Part shown: in pieces, positions 1 to 9,597 of the stretch
Position numbering within the stretch: position 1 is the first letter of the stretch
Layout of the letters: each line of letters begins with the position of its first letter
DNA from: Candidatus Spongiisociaceae bacterium
GTDB lineage: Bacteria; Actinomycetota; Acidimicrobiia; Spongiisociales; Spongiisociaceae
Length of the DNA: 64,000 bases
NCBI GenBank assembly: GCA_965219685.1
Contig: CBDCOH010000002.1
Span: 480,001-544,000 of the forward strand
Direction of reading: 5' to 3'
The notes under the pieces: model-generated
Told to the model about the DNA's origin: nothing
Seen by the model: the letters and a program-made list of their open reading frames with translations, nothing else
The model's database searches: none
Made by a program: the position numbers and the translations under genes

Positions 1-421
<421 letters not shown>

Positions 422-436
422 GACTCGCGGGATGCG

Positions 437-925
437 GTGCATCTCCTCGTGAAACCGGTAGAGGTGACGGTCACCTGCGGAACCGCCGACGAGGCGCACC
501 GGATAATGACGGCGATCGTGGAGCGACGCCTGGCGGCCTGCGGTCATACCTGGCCCATCCGGAGTTGCTACCGGTGGGAGGGAAGGGTGGTGAACGACGA
601 GGAGCATGTGCTACTCCTCAAGTCCGTGGATGCGCACTTCGGCGCGGTGTGCGACGTGATCCGATCGATGCACAGTTACGACCTGCCGTCGATAGTGATG
701 ATCCCGCTGGTGGGGCACGGACCGGGTTACGTGGAGTGGCTGTTCGAGGCGACGGACTGCCGGGCACCCGAGCCGGCCCCTGAAGCCGACCCCCGGAGGA
801 GGGACTCGATATCGGCCGATTCCGGCCGGTTGAGCGACGGCGGCGCCCGCGCGGGCCCCGTCCGCCGCACCTCCGATCACGATGATGCCCCGAAATGGCG
901 CGGGGCCAGAGAGAAATCCGAGTAG
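437..925 (+). CDS. cutA: Divalent-cation tolerance protein CutA with low-complexity C-terminal tail
   Basis: VERRLAAC...IRSCYRWEG...EE..LLLKS...HSYDLP motif. Confidence 0.9.
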   Translation: MHLLVKPVEVTVTCGTADEAHRIMTAIVERRLAACGHTWPIRSCYRWEGRVVNDEEHVLLLKSVDAHFGAVCDVIRSMHSYDLPSIVMIPLVGHGPGYVEWLFEATDCRAPEPAPEADPRRRDSISADSGRLSDGGARAGPVRRTSDHDDAPKWRGAREKSE

Positions 926-936
926 CCTCTCAGACG

Positions 937-1929
937 ATGGCACGGGTAAGACTGTTCGCGAACCTGCGGGAGATCGCAGGAGTTTCCCAACTCGACATAG
1001 CGGGCGATACCGTCGGCGAGGTCGTCTCCGCCCTCGTGGCGCGCTACGGGCGGGAGTTCGAGCGCCGTCTGGACACGGCGCGTATCTGGAAGAACGGAAG
1101 CGAGGGGGCCGACGACGACCCCGTAACCGACGGCGACGAGTTGGCGCTCATCCCCCCGGTGTCCGGAGGTGCAGAGCGGGGTATCGCAGGTGGGGGGCTC
1201 GAGAGCCTGCTTCTGGCCGGACTGACGCTGTTGCTGCTGGGTGCGAACGTAATGGGCATAGCCTTCCTCGTGGCGCTGTGGGTGGGTGTGGCGGCGCTAT
1301 GGGTCATAGACCTGGCGTCAGCGTCCTCCGACGCTGATTTCAAGATCGATTACCAACCCTTGCTGGCGGCGATCGTGGTGTCCATGGCGACCAGCAACAC
1401 GTTCGGGCTCTCAGGTCTTGGGATAGGCGTGGCACTCACGGTCGTCATAGTCATGGGATGGACGATCGTCAGTCCCGGGGCAAGGGACCTAACCACTATC
1501 GCGGCTTCCGGTCTGTGCGCCCTCATCGCGTCCCTGTCCGTCTCCTCGATTCTTCTCGCCAGGGCATCGGTTTCGGGCGCAGGCGAAGGGAATATTGCCG
1601 GCCTGCTGATTGTCGCCATCCTCGGGGCGATAGCGGGGCGACTGGCCGAACGCAGCCGTTCCCGGATGGCGGATCCCTACATGATGGCCTCTATCGTGAT
1701 GGTCCTCGCAGCCCTGGCGGTGGCCTATCTGGCGGACTTCTCCCGCCTCGGTTGGTTCTTCATCGGATTGGTGATGGCGGGCGCGGTGATCGCCGGCCGG
1801 GGGATCGGCTCGGCCTTCCGGACCGGAAGCATCCAGCTGACGGTGCGTCCTGACGGAATGCTGACCGCCCTGGACGGCCCCATGCTGGCCGTGGCCGTCT
1901 TCGTCCCGGTGATGTGGTTGATCCTCTGA
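937..1929 (+). CDS. MoaD/ThiS ubiquitin-like domain fused to a multi-pass membrane domain
   Basis: N-terminus MARVRLFANLREIAG...GDELALIPPVSGG followed in frame by ~250 hydrophobic residues; start placed at ATG 937. Confidence 0.75.
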   Translation: MARVRLFANLREIAGVSQLDIAGDTVGEVVSALVARYGREFERRLDTARIWKNGSEGADDDPVTDGDELALIPPVSGGAERGIAGGGLESLLLAGLTLLLLGANVMGIAFLVALWVGVAALWVIDLASASSDADFKIDYQPLLAAIVVSMATSNTFGLSGLGIGVALTVVIVMGWTIVSPGARDLTTIAASGLCALIASLSVSSILLARASVSGAGEGNIAGLLIVAILGAIAGRLAERSRSRMADPYMMASIVMVLAALAVAYLADFSRLGWFFIGLVMAGAVIAGRGIGSAFRTGSIQLTVRPDGMLTALDGPMLAVAVFVPVMWLIL

Positions 1930-2013
1930 AACCTCTGCCTGCGGCGGCTGCGGTTCCGGCGGTGGGCGGCGCTGATGGCTCGTTGAAGTGCGACACGGCT
2001 AGCCTCCGCATCG

Positions 2014-3123
2014 ATGTTGAGGCAACTTCCCCGCGCCCTGCTGCCGTTCGTCCTGATCGCCTCGGTGGCGCTCGTCCCGCCCGCTCCCTCCTCCGCGGTT
2101 ACCAAGGCGCAGGTGGACGCGGCGTGCGCGGATTACCGAGACGCCAAGGCGCGCCTCGATGAAGCGATCGAGAGACGGGATACCGCCCAGGAGCGTTATG
2201 CCGAGCTCTACGCGGACCGCCTGGTCATGTCCGACCGGACTGACCGCTTGGCTGAGCAGATCGCCGAGCGGGAGCAGGAGGTCGAGGCGTTGCGCGACCA
2301 GGTTGTGGAGTGGGCTGTAGAGGCATACATGGCAGCCGACACGGAGATCAGCGGGATCGTGCTCAGGACCCGCTCGCTCGATCAATTGATCACGGGCCAG
2401 GAGTTCCTCAAGGTGATCACGAATGAACGCGTCGCGGCGGTGGACCGCTTGGTGGTCATCGTTGCCGAGACCGAGGTCATGCGGGAGGACCTGGAAGACG
2501 AGGCCACCGAACTGCTCCTCTTGGAGGCCGAGGCATTCGGCGTGGCGCAGGTACTGGCAGGCGCTACCGACGAGGCGCTTGGTGCGGCCAGGGAACTGAA
2601 GGGCGAGTGCAGGCGGCTGTACCAGCAGCGTCAGCAAGAACTGGCCCTGGCGGCGGCTCGCGAAGCAGCGCGCCGTTCGGGCGGCGCCGGGGGAGCTCCC
2701 GCATCGCTGACTCCCGGATTCCTGTGCCCGTTGGACCCCGGGGCGACGTCGTTCATCAACGATTGGGGCTTCCCTCGCTCCGGCGGGCGCAAGCACAGAG
2801 GCAATGACATGTTCGCCCCCATGCGCCAACCGGTCAGAGCCGTGGCGGACGGCTCGGTGCTGCTGAAGAGCGGGGGGTTGGGAGGTAGGGCGCTCTGGCT
2901 CTCGGCGGCCAACGGGGTCGACTACTACTATGCCCACCTCGACGGTTACGCCCGAGGGATCGTCACCGGCGCCAACGTGAGGAGGGGCCAGGTGATCGCG
3001 TACAACGGCAACACCGGAAATGCCCGCGGCGGGGCCCCGCACGTTCACTTTCAGCTCCATCCGAACGGCAGGACCAGCCGTCCGGTCAACCCTTACCCGA
3101 CCCTCGTCCGGGCGTGCCGTTGA
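2014..3123 (+). CDS. Secreted M23 family peptidase with coiled-coil domain
   Basis: Signal peptide, coiled coil, HRGND (HxxxD), YYYAHL and PHVHF (HxH) motifs. Confidence 0.9.
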   Translation: MLRQLPRALLPFVLIASVALVPPAPSSAVTKAQVDAACADYRDAKARLDEAIERRDTAQERYAELYADRLVMSDRTDRLAEQIAEREQEVEALRDQVVEWAVEAYMAADTEISGIVLRTRSLDQLITGQEFLKVITNERVAAVDRLVVIVAETEVMREDLEDEATELLLLEAEAFGVAQVLAGATDEALGAARELKGECRRLYQQRQQELALAAAREAARRSGGAGGAPASLTPGFLCPLDPGATSFINDWGFPRSGGRKHRGNDMFAPMRQPVRAVADGSVLLKSGGLGGRALWLSAANGVDYYYAHLDGYARGIVTGANVRRGQVIAYNGNTGNARGGAPHVHFQLHPNGRTSRPVNPYPTLVRACR

Positions 3124-4091
3124 CTGGAGACGCGATTCTCGCGGATGGCGGTTCCCATCCGGACGGAGGGGCCGGGCGGGTCGGCATCCATCCGCTGACC
3201 TTCACGACGCCTGATCGCCATCAGCCGGTCTCCCCGAAGGTCGGGCCGTTCGCGAAGCGGCACTTCCTCGACACCGTTTGGCGGCACACCGCGCTTCCCG
3301 GCCAAGTACCTGTGGTATTGGCCGGCGACGAGGGGGAGGTGGTCCTGGTCGAGGAACCCGGTGCGATCGGGTTGCTCGGACATGAGGACCTCGTCGACTA
3401 CCGGTCGCCCCTCGGGGACACCGTCGATCTGCTGGCCGACCGGTTCAGCCGGCTGGAACCGGGCCTCAGGTTCCGCTTCGACTCTCTCCCGGAAGGGTCG
3501 GCCCGAGTATTCGCTGCGGCGTTGGACCGGGCAGGGGTGATCCATCGTTCGGTCCGCCATACCGCAACCGCCCTCCTCGAATTACCCGGCTCCTTCGACG
3601 ACTACCTGATGTCCATCGGGAAGAAGGAACGGCACGAGACCCGGCGGAAGCGGCGGCGTTTCGAGGCAGCCCTGGGGCCGCCCCGGATCGTCACCTTCGA
3701 AGATTCCGGACCCGTCCTCGAAGACTTCTTCCGGCTACATCGGCGCTCGAGGGGAAGCAAGGGTTCGTTCATGACGGAACGGATGGCGGGTATGTTCGCC
3801 GACCTGCTGGGTGGCGCCGGATGGCGGCTCGACGCCCTGTACGGCGCCGAGCCCCGTCTCGTCGCCGCAGTGATCGGATACTCCGACGGCTCGGGTTACT
3901 ACCTATACAACTCCGCCTACGATCCCGAACTGTCTCATGCGTCCCCGGGAGTGGTCCTGCTGAGCGAGTTGATCCGGATGGCAATCGGTGGAGGCTTGGA
4001 GGTCTTCGACTTCCTGAAGGGTGAGGAGACCTACAAGTTACGGATGGGAGCTCGCCGCCGACCCCTCTTTGTGGTGGAGGGTCCGGGATGA
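3120..4091 (+). CDS. GNAT-family acetyltransferase (CelD/BcsL-like)
   Basis: LPGSFDDYL..IGKKERHETRRKRRR; YLYNSAYDP..SPGVVLL; FDFLKGEETYK; exact start uncertain. Confidence 0.85.
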   Translation: MTGDAILADGGSHPDGGAGRVGIHPLTFTTPDRHQPVSPKVGPFAKRHFLDTVWRHTALPGQVPVVLAGDEGEVVLVEEPGAIGLLGHEDLVDYRSPLGDTVDLLADRFSRLEPGLRFRFDSLPEGSARVFAAALDRAGVIHRSVRHTATALLELPGSFDDYLMSIGKKERHETRRKRRRFEAALGPPRIVTFEDSGPVLEDFFRLHRRSRGSKGSFMTERMAGMFADLLGGAGWRLDALYGAEPRLVAAVIGYSDGSGYYLYNSAYDPELSHASPGVVLLSELIRMAIGGGLEVFDFLKGEETYKLRMGARRRPLFVVEGPG

Positions 4092-5317
4092 TCCGCCGCG
4101 TGGCCTTCCTCTCGATGCACACGTCCCCGCTCGACCTCCCCGGATCGGGCGAGGCCGGGGGAATGAACGTCTATATCGACGAGTTGGCTGCCAGCCTCGT
4201 AGGCAGGGGAGTGGAGGTGACGGTCTTCACGAGGCGCACCGATCCGGGGCAACCCCGCGTGCTGACCACCCCGAGCGGGTACAGGGTGGCGCATGTGACC
4301 GCTGGGCCGGCAAGACCCATCCCGATCTCGGGGTTGGGGGTATGGGTGGGCGAATTCGCCAAGCGGGTCACCGACGCCATCGCCGGCCGTCGATCGGGTG
4401 CCACCGATCTGGTTCACAGCCACTACTGGCTGTCCGGCTGGGCGGGCCTGGCCGTCAAGCAAGCCGTCGGGCTCCCGCTGGCCAACTCGTTCCATACCCT
4501 GGGGAGGGTCAAGGATGCCACCAGACGCCCCGGGCAGCCACCTGAGCCCTTGCTGCGGATAGCGGCGGAGACCGAGGTCATCACTCTCTCGGATTGTGTT
4601 ATCGCATCCACCGAGTACGAGGCGATGGAGCTGATCGAGCAGTACGGCGCCGACCCGAGCCGGGTATGTGTCAACCCGCCAGGCGTTGATCTGGAACGGT
4701 TCAGGCCGGGAGATCGGATGGAGGCGCGCCGGCAGATCGGCATCGACCGCGCCCCCACGGTTCTGTTCGTGGGACGCATACAGGCGCTCAAGGGGCTCGA
4801 CGTGGCGGTCGAGGCCCTCTGCACGGTTAGGGACCGGCTCCCGGAAGCCCGCATGATGGTGGTCGGGGGACCGAGCGGTCCGTCGGGGGAGGAGGAGCAC
4901 CGATCGATCCAGAAGATGGCGGACCGTCTCGGACTGGGGGATGCGGTGACATGGTGCGGGGTGCAACCTCACGGACGGCTCCCGATCTTCTATCGCGCGG
5001 CCGATGTCCTCGTCGTGCCGTCGCGGAGCGAGTCATTCGGACTCGTGGCGGCCGAGGCGCAGGCGAGTGGACTTCCGGTGGTCGCTGCAAACGTCGGCGG
5101 TCTCCGGTACGTGATTCGCGACGGGACATCGGGCGTGCTGGTGGACGGCTGGGACCCCGCAGACTACGGGAAGGCGCTCCTGCGGGTCCTCGAGTCGCCG
5201 GCGGAGCGTCTCCACCTCGCCGCCGGGGCGCTGGAGGCGGGTCGCCGCTTCGGCTGGGACAGAGCAACCGAGCGGTTGCTGGAACTCTATCGTGGCGTGA
5301 CGGATGGAACGCGCTGA
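4088..5317 (+). CDS. mshA: D-inositol-3-phosphate glycosyltransferase (mycothiol synthesis)
   Basis: SMHTSPL..PG.GEAGGMNVY, HSHYWLSG, VGRIQALKG, SESFGLVAAEAQA. Confidence 0.9.
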   Translation: MIRRVAFLSMHTSPLDLPGSGEAGGMNVYIDELAASLVGRGVEVTVFTRRTDPGQPRVLTTPSGYRVAHVTAGPARPIPISGLGVWVGEFAKRVTDAIAGRRSGATDLVHSHYWLSGWAGLAVKQAVGLPLANSFHTLGRVKDATRRPGQPPEPLLRIAAETEVITLSDCVIASTEYEAMELIEQYGADPSRVCVNPPGVDLERFRPGDRMEARRQIGIDRAPTVLFVGRIQALKGLDVAVEALCTVRDRLPEARMMVVGGPSGPSGEEEHRSIQKMADRLGLGDAVTWCGVQPHGRLPIFYRAADVLVVPSRSESFGLVAAEAQASGLPVVAANVGGLRYVIRDGTSGVLVDGWDPADYGKALLRVLESPAERLHLAAGALEAGRRFGWDRATERLLELYRGVTDGTR

Positions 5318-5726
5318 ACTGGCGCGACGCCTGGGAGACCTGTTCGCGGGGTGGGTGGACGATCCGGACTCCGACGTCGTGGCGGCCGAACTCGTCGAGG
5401 GCCGGTGGGCGGTGCGTATGGCGCAGCAGACCCGCGACTTCACCACGGTCTGGGTCACGCCAGGGGACCGGACCGTCGCCTTCGAGGTCTATGTCCTGCC
5501 TCCGCCACCCCGACGGTTGGCGGAGGTCTACCGGCAACTGCTGTTTCGCAACCGTGGGGCGTGGCGGGTCCACTTCGCGATCGATGGGGACGGCGAGATA
5601 TATCTCGTCGGCCGCGTCGATGTTGCGCAGGCTACCGAGGAGACCATTCAATACGTTTTCGCGGAGATCTACGGGCTCGTCGATCTGTCCTTCCGGCCGC
5701 TGCTCCGGGCCGGATTCATCAGGTGA
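5304..5726 (+). CDS. YbjN-domain protein
   Basis: Directly follows mshA as in other actinobacteria; FEVYVLP...EVYRQLLFRN...FAIDGDGEIYLVGR. Confidence 0.75.
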   Translation: MERAELARRLGDLFAGWVDDPDSDVVAAELVEGRWAVRMAQQTRDFTTVWVTPGDRTVAFEVYVLPPPPRRLAEVYRQLLFRNRGAWRVHFAIDGDGEIYLVGRVDVAQATEETIQYVFAEIYGLVDLSFRPLLRAGFIR

Positions 5727-5776
5727 CGCTCCATCCGACTCCGTCAAAAAAACTCTTGGACTCTTTTCGACAGTGC

Positions 5777-5809
5777 TTGTGCACAACCCCTTGGGGATTG
5801 TGTGGAAAA
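5777..5809. promoter_or_regulatory. Pair of DnaA-box-like 9-mers in a lower-GC intergenic region
   Basis: TTGTGCACA (5777-5785) and TGTGGAAAA (5801-5809, reverse complement TTTTCCACA), each one mismatch from TT(A/G)TCCACA. Confidence 0.4.
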
Positions 5810-5895
5810 CCAGCCTTTGAGGGATTCAGACACCATACATAATCGCTAACAACAAGTGTTAGTCATGTGGTAAAGGATGGTTGATGCAGGACGAG

Positions 5896-5995
5896 CTACG
5901 TCGTAACGTAGATCCCCGAAGGCCCGAGGTGCTGGAGCCGAGCGAATCCGTCAGGGGAAGTGCGGTGGAATTCGGCGAAGGTTCCTCGGGCTTTT
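5896..5995 (+). ncRNA. Candidate structured RNA or leader upstream of pyc (family not recognised)
   Basis: Hairpin CTACGT-CGTA-ACGTAG, then long stem AAGGCCCGAGG...CCTCGGGCTTT with inner pairing, ending in a T run. Confidence 0.35.
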
Positions 5996-6120
5996 CTCCG
6001 TCCGCAGTCCCGTGCTCAGTGGCCTCGTCCAGCCAGTGGTCGCGAGGACGGGAGAACATCGAGCGGCACTCCGGTGCCCGCTGCCCACCGATCTCCCGCT
6101 GCTGATATCCTTCGCGTTTT

Positions 6121-9100
6121 ATGAAGAAGATCATGGCTGCAAACCGGGGCGAGATAGCCATCCGGATCATGAGGGCCGCGACCGAACTCGGCCTGCGGAC
6201 CGCCACCATCTACTCCAACGAGGACCGCCTCAGCCTGCACCGCTTCAAGGCCGACGAGGCCTACGAGATCGGCGGCGACAAGGGGCCCGTGGCGGCCTAC
6301 CTCGACATCGATGGCATCGTCGCCCTGGCCAAGGAGCGGGCGGTCGACGCCATCCATCCCGGCTACGGGTTCCTATCCGAGAACAGCACGTTCTCCAGAG
6401 CCTGCGCGGAGGCCGGTATCACCTTCGTCGGTCCGTCCCCTGAGTTGCTGGAGTCGCTGGGGGACAAGACAGCTGCACGCCGCCTGGCCGAACAGGCCGG
6501 GGTACCCACCGTTCCGGGTACCGGTCTGGCCCCGGATGAGCCCGGGGAGATCGTGGCCGTTGCGGAATCGGTGGGCTACCCGCTGATAGTCAAAGCGTCG
6601 TTCGGCGGCGGCGGCCGGGGCATGCGGGTGGTCAACAGTCCCGACGAGTTGCTGGGAAAGCTGGAGGAGGCCCGAGGTGAGGCCCAGCGCACGTTCGGGG
6701 ACGGCTCCGTCTTCTTGGAGCGTTACATTGCACGGGCCCGCCACGTCGAGGTACAGATCCTGGCCGACTCGCACGGTTCCGTGGTCCACCTCTGGGAGCG
6801 GGACTGCTCGGTCCAGCGGCGCCACCAGAAGGTGGTCGAGTTGGCGCCGGCGCCGAACCTGGCCGACGACCTGAGAGACGAGATCTGCGCGGCGGCAATC
6901 CGGGTGGCCCGGACGACCGGCTACGTCAACGCGGGCACCGTCGAGTTCCTGCTCGACGCACGTACGGGCGAGTGGTTCTTCATCGAGGTGAACCCTCGTA
7001 TCCAGGTCGAGCACACGGTGACGGAACTGATCACCGGCATCGACCTGGTCCGGTCCCAGATCCTGGTGGCACAGGGACACCGGCTCCATGAGGCGCCCAT
7101 CTCGATCCCCCCGCAGACCGAGATCTCCCGCCGGGGTACCGCTATCCAATGCCGCATTACCACCGAGGACCCGGAGAACGAGTTCTCACCTGACTACGGG
7201 CGACTCCAGACCTACAGGAGTCCCGGCGGGCTGGGGATACGACTCGACGGAACCGCCTACGGCGGAGCGGTCCTCAGTCCCTTCTACGACTCCTTGCTGG
7301 TGAAGCTCACCTCCTGGGACACGAACCTTCCCGATGCTTGTACACGGGCCGATCGGGCTCTGCAGGAGTTCCGGATCCGTGGTGTCCAGACCAACATCCA
7401 GTTCCTGCGCAATGTGATCAACCATCCCGACTTCCGCAACGGGGTGGCCACCACCCACTTCCTGGACGAGACGCCGGAACTCTTCAAGATCAAACCGTCC
7501 CGTGATCGGGCCAACCGGCTGCTCCGTTACATCGGCGACACGATTCTCAACGGCAATCCCACCGTGGCGGGTAAGGAACACCCCAAGAACCTGAAGGCCC
7601 CTCCGATGGTTCCGGTCGACATGAGTGTCCAACCACCGCCCGGCACGCGCGATCTGCTGCTGGAAATGGGACCCGACCGGTTCTCCGACTGGGTGTTCGA
7701 CCAGAGGCGACTCCTGGTAACCGACACCACCTTCCGGGATGCCCACCAGTCGCTGCTGGCGACCCGGGTACGGACGTACGACCTGTTGGGGACGGCCGGA
7801 GCGGTGGCGAGGCGTCTCCCGAACCTCTTCAGCCTCGAGATGTGGGGCGGCGCCACCTTCGACGCCGCGCTCCGCTTCCTGTACGAGGATCCGTGGGAGC
7901 GATTGCGGCTGATGCGCGAGGCGATCCCAAACATCTGTTTCCAGATGCTGCTGAGGGCTTCGAACGCGGTCGGTTACACCAGCTACCCGGACAACGTGGT
8001 GCGCGAGTTCACCATCGAGGCCGCCCGGCAGGGAATCGATATCTTCCGGGTCTTCGATTCCCTCAACGACGTGCGCAACATGGAGGTGGCCATCGAAGCC
8101 GTGCGCAGCACGCACGCCATCTGTGAGGCCGCCATCTGCTACACCGGCGACCTCCTGGATCCGGGGCGTCCCAAGTACAGCCTCGAGTACTACGTCGAAC
8201 TGGCGCGGCGTCTCAAGGAGATGGGAGCGCACCTGCTGTGCATCAAGGACATGGCCGGGCTGTGTCGCCCTTACGCCGCGGATCAACTGGTGAGGGTTCT
8301 GCGCGAGGAGGTGGGCATGCCCATCCACTTCCACACCCACGATGCCAGCGGGGTACAGGCGGCGACCCTGATCAAGGGCGGTGAAGCAGGAATCGATGTG
8401 ATCGACGCGGCCGTCGCTGCCGTGTCGGGCTCCACCAGCCAGCCCAACCTCAACACGATGGTCGGTTCCCTCAAGGGCACGGAGCGCGACACCGAACTCG
8501 ACTCGGAGGCACTGGGGGACTGCTCGCTGTACTGGGAGACGGTCCGGACCTATTACCAGCCTTTCGACAACTCGCCCAAGTCCGGGAGCGCCCGGCTCTA
8601 CGACCACGAGATCCCTGGGGGTCAGTTCACGAACCTCCAGCAGCAGGCGGAGGCGCTGGGCCTCGGCCGGCGTTGGCGGGAAGTCGAGGAGATGTACGCG
8701 GATGTCAACCAGATGCTGGGAGACATAGTGAAGGTCACGCCTTCGAGCAAGGTGGTGGGTGACCTGGCTCTGTTCCTCCTGTCCAAGGGGATGACATGTG
8801 ACGAGGTCCGGAGGCTTCCAGCCGATCACAACGTGGGCTTCCCCGAGTCGGTGGTCGACATGATGAGAGGGTCCCTCGGGGAACCACCCGGTGGTTGGCC
8901 CGAGGACATCCGGCGGATCCTGCTGTGCCGCAACGAACCGATCGAGGGCAGGGCGGGCGCCGAGTTGCCGAGTGCGGACATCGACGCAGCGGTCGATGCC
9001 GCGACGGAGTTGCTCGAGCGGGAGGCAGAGTGGGCCGACGGCCTCAGTTACCTGCTCTATCCGGTGGAGTTCACAAACTTCGCCGAGACCCGGCACAAGT

Positions 9101-9561
9101 ACGCCGATGTTGGTTTGCTACCCACCCCGGTCTTCTTCTACGGGCTTGAGGAGGGCGAGGAGTGCGTGTTCGACATCGAACCGGGGAAGCGCCTCATAGT
9201 GAAGTACCACACCATTGGCGAACCGCAGCCGGACGGTACTCGAGCCATCTTCTTCGAACTGAACGGGGCGCCCCGCGAGGTGCGCGTGCGCGACAGGTCC
9301 CTACAGACCGACCGACCGGTGGCCCGGAAAGCCGACAGCGGCAACTCTGGTCATGTCGGCGCTCCAACTCCTGGTGTGGTGACGGGTCTGTTCGTCGCGG
9401 TCGGCGACGAGGTGACGGCGAACAGCAAGCTGCTCACCCTCGAGGCGATGAAGATGCAGAGCACCATATACGCCCCGGACACCGGGCGGGTCAAGGAACT
9501 GCTGGTGCGAGCCGGAAGCCAGGTGGAGGCCAAGGACCTGCTGGTGATTGGTGATTGGTGA
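6121..9561 (+). CDS. pyc: Pyruvate carboxylase
   Basis: ANRGEIAIR biotin carboxylase, DTTFRDAHQSLLATR carboxyltransferase, EAMKM biotinyl motif; 1146 aa. Confidence 0.98.
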   Translation: MKKIMAANRGEIAIRIMRAATELGLRTATIYSNEDRLSLHRFKADEAYEIGGDKGPVAAYLDIDGIVALAKERAVDAIHPGYGFLSENSTFSRACAEAGITFVGPSPELLESLGDKTAARRLAEQAGVPTVPGTGLAPDEPGEIVAVAESVGYPLIVKASFGGGGRGMRVVNSPDELLGKLEEARGEAQRTFGDGSVFLERYIARARHVEVQILADSHGSVVHLWERDCSVQRRHQKVVELAPAPNLADDLRDEICAAAIRVARTTGYVNAGTVEFLLDARTGEWFFIEVNPRIQVEHTVTELITGIDLVRSQILVAQGHRLHEAPISIPPQTEISRRGTAIQCRITTEDPENEFSPDYGRLQTYRSPGGLGIRLDGTAYGGAVLSPFYDSLLVKLTSWDTNLPDACTRADRALQEFRIRGVQTNIQFLRNVINHPDFRNGVATTHFLDETPELFKIKPSRDRANRLLRYIGDTILNGNPTVAGKEHPKNLKAPPMVPVDMSVQPPPGTRDLLLEMGPDRFSDWVFDQRRLLVTDTTFRDAHQSLLATRVRTYDLLGTAGAVARRLPNLFSLEMWGGATFDAALRFLYEDPWERLRLMREAIPNICFQMLLRASNAVGYTSYPDNVVREFTIEAARQGIDIFRVFDSLNDVRNMEVAIEAVRSTHAICEAAICYTGDLLDPGRPKYSLEYYVELARRLKEMGAHLLCIKDMAGLCRPYAADQLVRVLREEVGMPIHFHTHDASGVQAATLIKGGEAGIDVIDAAVAAVSGSTSQPNLNTMVGSLKGTERDTELDSEALGDCSLYWETVRTYYQPFDNSPKSGSARLYDHEIPGGQFTNLQQQAEALGLGRRWREVEEMYADVNQMLGDIVKVTPSSKVVGDLALFLLSKGMTCDEVRRLPADHNVGFPESVVDMMRGSLGEPPGGWPEDIRRILLCRNEPIEGRAGAELPSADIDAAVDAATELLEREAEWADGLSYLLYPVEFTNFAETRHKYADVGLLPTPVFFYGLEEGEECVFDIEPGKRLIVKYHTIGEPQPDGTRAIFFELNGAPREVRVRDRSLQTDRPVARKADSGNSGHVGAPTPGVVTGLFVAVGDEVTANSKLLTLEAMKMQSTIYAPDTGRVKELLVRAGSQVEAKDLLVIGDW

Positions 9562-9597
9562 TTGGTGACGTGTAAGCCATTCACCATTCACCATTCA
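9543..9597. repeat. Paired 7-bp arrays (GGTGATT)x3.7 and (CCATTCA)x3
   Basis: Seen directly at the convergent pyc/Clp1 junction. Confidence 0.95.

Noticed and set aside
5727-5880. Replication origin
   Set aside because: Only two imperfect DnaA-like boxes and no dnaA or dnaN context.
5919-5995. SRP (4.5S) RNA
   Set aside because: It has GTCAGG and GGAAG fragments but lacks the conserved CAGG-NCCGGAAGG-NAGCAG domain IV arrangement; kept only as an unassigned RNA candidate.
7186-9096. 636-aa antisense ORF and similar long shadow ORFs (e.g. 26728-28104, 47960-49417, 62441-63880)
   Set aside because: Expected by-products of high-GC codon bias opposite well-supported genes.
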